Source of the DNA: Tilletiaria anomala UBC 951
Lineage: Eukaryota
DNA length: 64,000 nt
Assembly: GCF_000711695.1 (NCBI RefSeq)
Contig: NW_013547021.1
Span: 62,001 to 126,000 of the forward strand
Direction of reading: 5' to 3'
Under the pieces are notes generated by a model. It saw only the letters and a program-made list of their open reading frames with translations. It did not search any database and was not told the origin of the DNA. The position numbers were made by a program, and so were the translations under genes. Below, piece after piece: positions 62,380 to 64,000 of the stretch; within the stretch, counting starts at the first letter, position 1; every line of letters begins with the position of its first letter.

Positions 62380-64000
62380 TCAGAGTTCCGACCGGCGAGC
62401 AGCCCTGTGCGAGCGAGCAGAGTAGTCGCGGAGCAGCTCGAGGTTGTCGTTGTAAGAGTAGCCAACGTTGTCACGACGGCCAGCTGCGGAGGCTGGCAGA
62501 GCTGGAACGACGCGTGCGACACCACCGTGGTACTTGTCTGTGAGGCCGACGAGGCGAGGGGGCAAGGGAAAACAAATCAGTCTTGGACTCTGGGTCGATA
62601 GAGGGTATGTGTTCGTGCACACACTCACCAAGGTTGACGGTGAAATTCGCAATGTCATTGCCATGCTTGGTGTACCAAGAGTACGAACCGTTGTTGAGCT
62701 TGTCAGTGATGGATTGCAAGTCGAGCTTCAGCCAATGGCTGGTCCATTTTGCGATCCATGTGTTCTCGTGGTTGCCTCTAAACTCCTCGATGCGCTCAGA
62801 GCGCGTCTTGGTGAACTTGGGGCTTTCATGGTAGTAAAGAGAAACGTCGGTGCCTGAACACGTAAAGGCACAGACTAATTAATACTCGAGCTCAATAAGA
62901 AGCCATCATAATCATCCTTACGAACCCGAGTGTGCAGTTGTGCTCCAGCTGAACAGGCCGCAAAGGAATGATGGTCAGCTTCAACGCTCCGTGTGCACCG
63001 TGCAATTTCACAGACGTATGGCTCACCCAAGATGCGCGCGCCAATTGACCAAACTGGAAAGCCAGATGCTGAGCGATAGGCCACTGTCCTTGACTTTGGC
63101 GAGGTCAAGCGCGCGCTGGATCTCATCAGCATTGGCGTCCTCGACACCGAGACCCTTCTTGATGATCGTCTCGACCATGTACGCCCTCTGCTCATCGGCA
63201 CTGGCGTTGGCTTGCTTGAGGAAATCCGCAGCGAGGTACTCGGTCGAGTGCGTGCCGCGTGCTACGACATCGGGGTACCAAAGGTACTGGCCATCCTTGT
63301 CCTCGGGGCGCTGAACCCCCAGTGTCAGGCCACCGCACTCGTGGTCCGACGTGCCGATCATGACGATCTCAGGCTCATGGTGTCCCTTGTCATTCTCGTC
63401 GACCCACTTAGAAACGGCTTCGACCATATCCTGGTAGGCAAGGATGTCCTGTCGCGTTGAAAACATGAGTCGCGCGGACGCGTCAGAAGCAGCTCACATC
63501 GAAGTCTTGTGGACGAAGCTGCTCACATGGTAATGACCGATGGGATCGTTGTTGTGGGCTGCATGGTCGATACGAGCTCCCTCGATCATGATGAAGAACG
63601 GCTTGTCCGCCTTTTTAAGCGAATTGAGCGTGGCAATGGCCATCTCCTTGAGCGACGGCTCCTTCTTTGGGTCTCGGTCAATCTTTGCGATAATAAGCGA
63701 GGAAGGACAGTGTGTGAGCTTTCAAATATGCCTGGCAAAGAAAGCTCCGCTCTGCTCCTCACCTCGTAAGACATGTGGCTCCGTGCAAAGAGGCCGAGTG
63801 TAGGGTACTTAAAGTTCTTGCCATTTTCTAGTGCCTCAAAGGCGGTGCGGTTCATCAAGACCTGCCAGCCATCCTCCTTGGCCTCGGAGATAAGGTCGCG
63901 CGTATCCTTCCGTGAGCTGCCGGTCGTCGCGTTGGAGATAAAGTAGCCCCAGCCACCACCCATGAGGATGTCGACTTGGCGACCGAGCATGTAGTTCCCA
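62380..64000 (-). CDS. PHO8: Alkaline phosphatase (Pho8-like), 3' part; 5' end lies beyond the window
   Basis: VDILMGGG, LGLFARSHMSYE, FFIMIEGARIDHAAHNND, TSDHECGGLTLG, GWSTTAHSGTDV. Confidence 0.92.

Overview
Gene-dense, intron-rich, GC-rich eukaryotic DNA. GT-AG introns with CTRAC-type branch sites and the gene set point to a basidiomycete fungus, most likely Ustilaginomycotina (inference). About 22 protein genes can be modelled: CNS1/TTC4 co-chaperone, MTA phosphorylase, chromate transporter, HAL/NPR-type kinase, TMEM242-like protein, EI24/Lds-like membrane protein, transaldolase, exosome subunit Mtr3, zuotin, WRN/EXD2-type exonuclease, lipocalin-like protein, DHA1 MFS transporter, a single-pass membrane protein, 7-knuckle GIS2/CNBP, TAPT1/EMP65, a giant Ecl1-like protein, a Gly-rich GPI-type glycoprotein, a Tag1-like protein, PheRS beta, a ChAPs exomer subunit and a partial alkaline phosphatase. 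There are also decayed genes: a KRE6/SKN1 relic, a nitrilase-family pseudogene and an unidentified relic near 29-30 kb. I recognised no tRNA, rRNA, transposon or CRISPR. The most interesting signals outside the gene calls are: (i) a candidate hairpin-H-hairpin-ACA snoRNA in GIS2 intron 1; (ii) three uORFs chained by ATGA stop/start overlaps, plus a 5'UTR intron, ahead of the Ecl1-like gene; (iii) a structured, possibly switchable transaldolase intron; (iv) a PrP/Shadoo-like architecture in a GPI-type protein with no obvious signal peptide; (v) several micro-exons of 5-23 nt. All family assignments come from motif recognition by eye; no searches were run.
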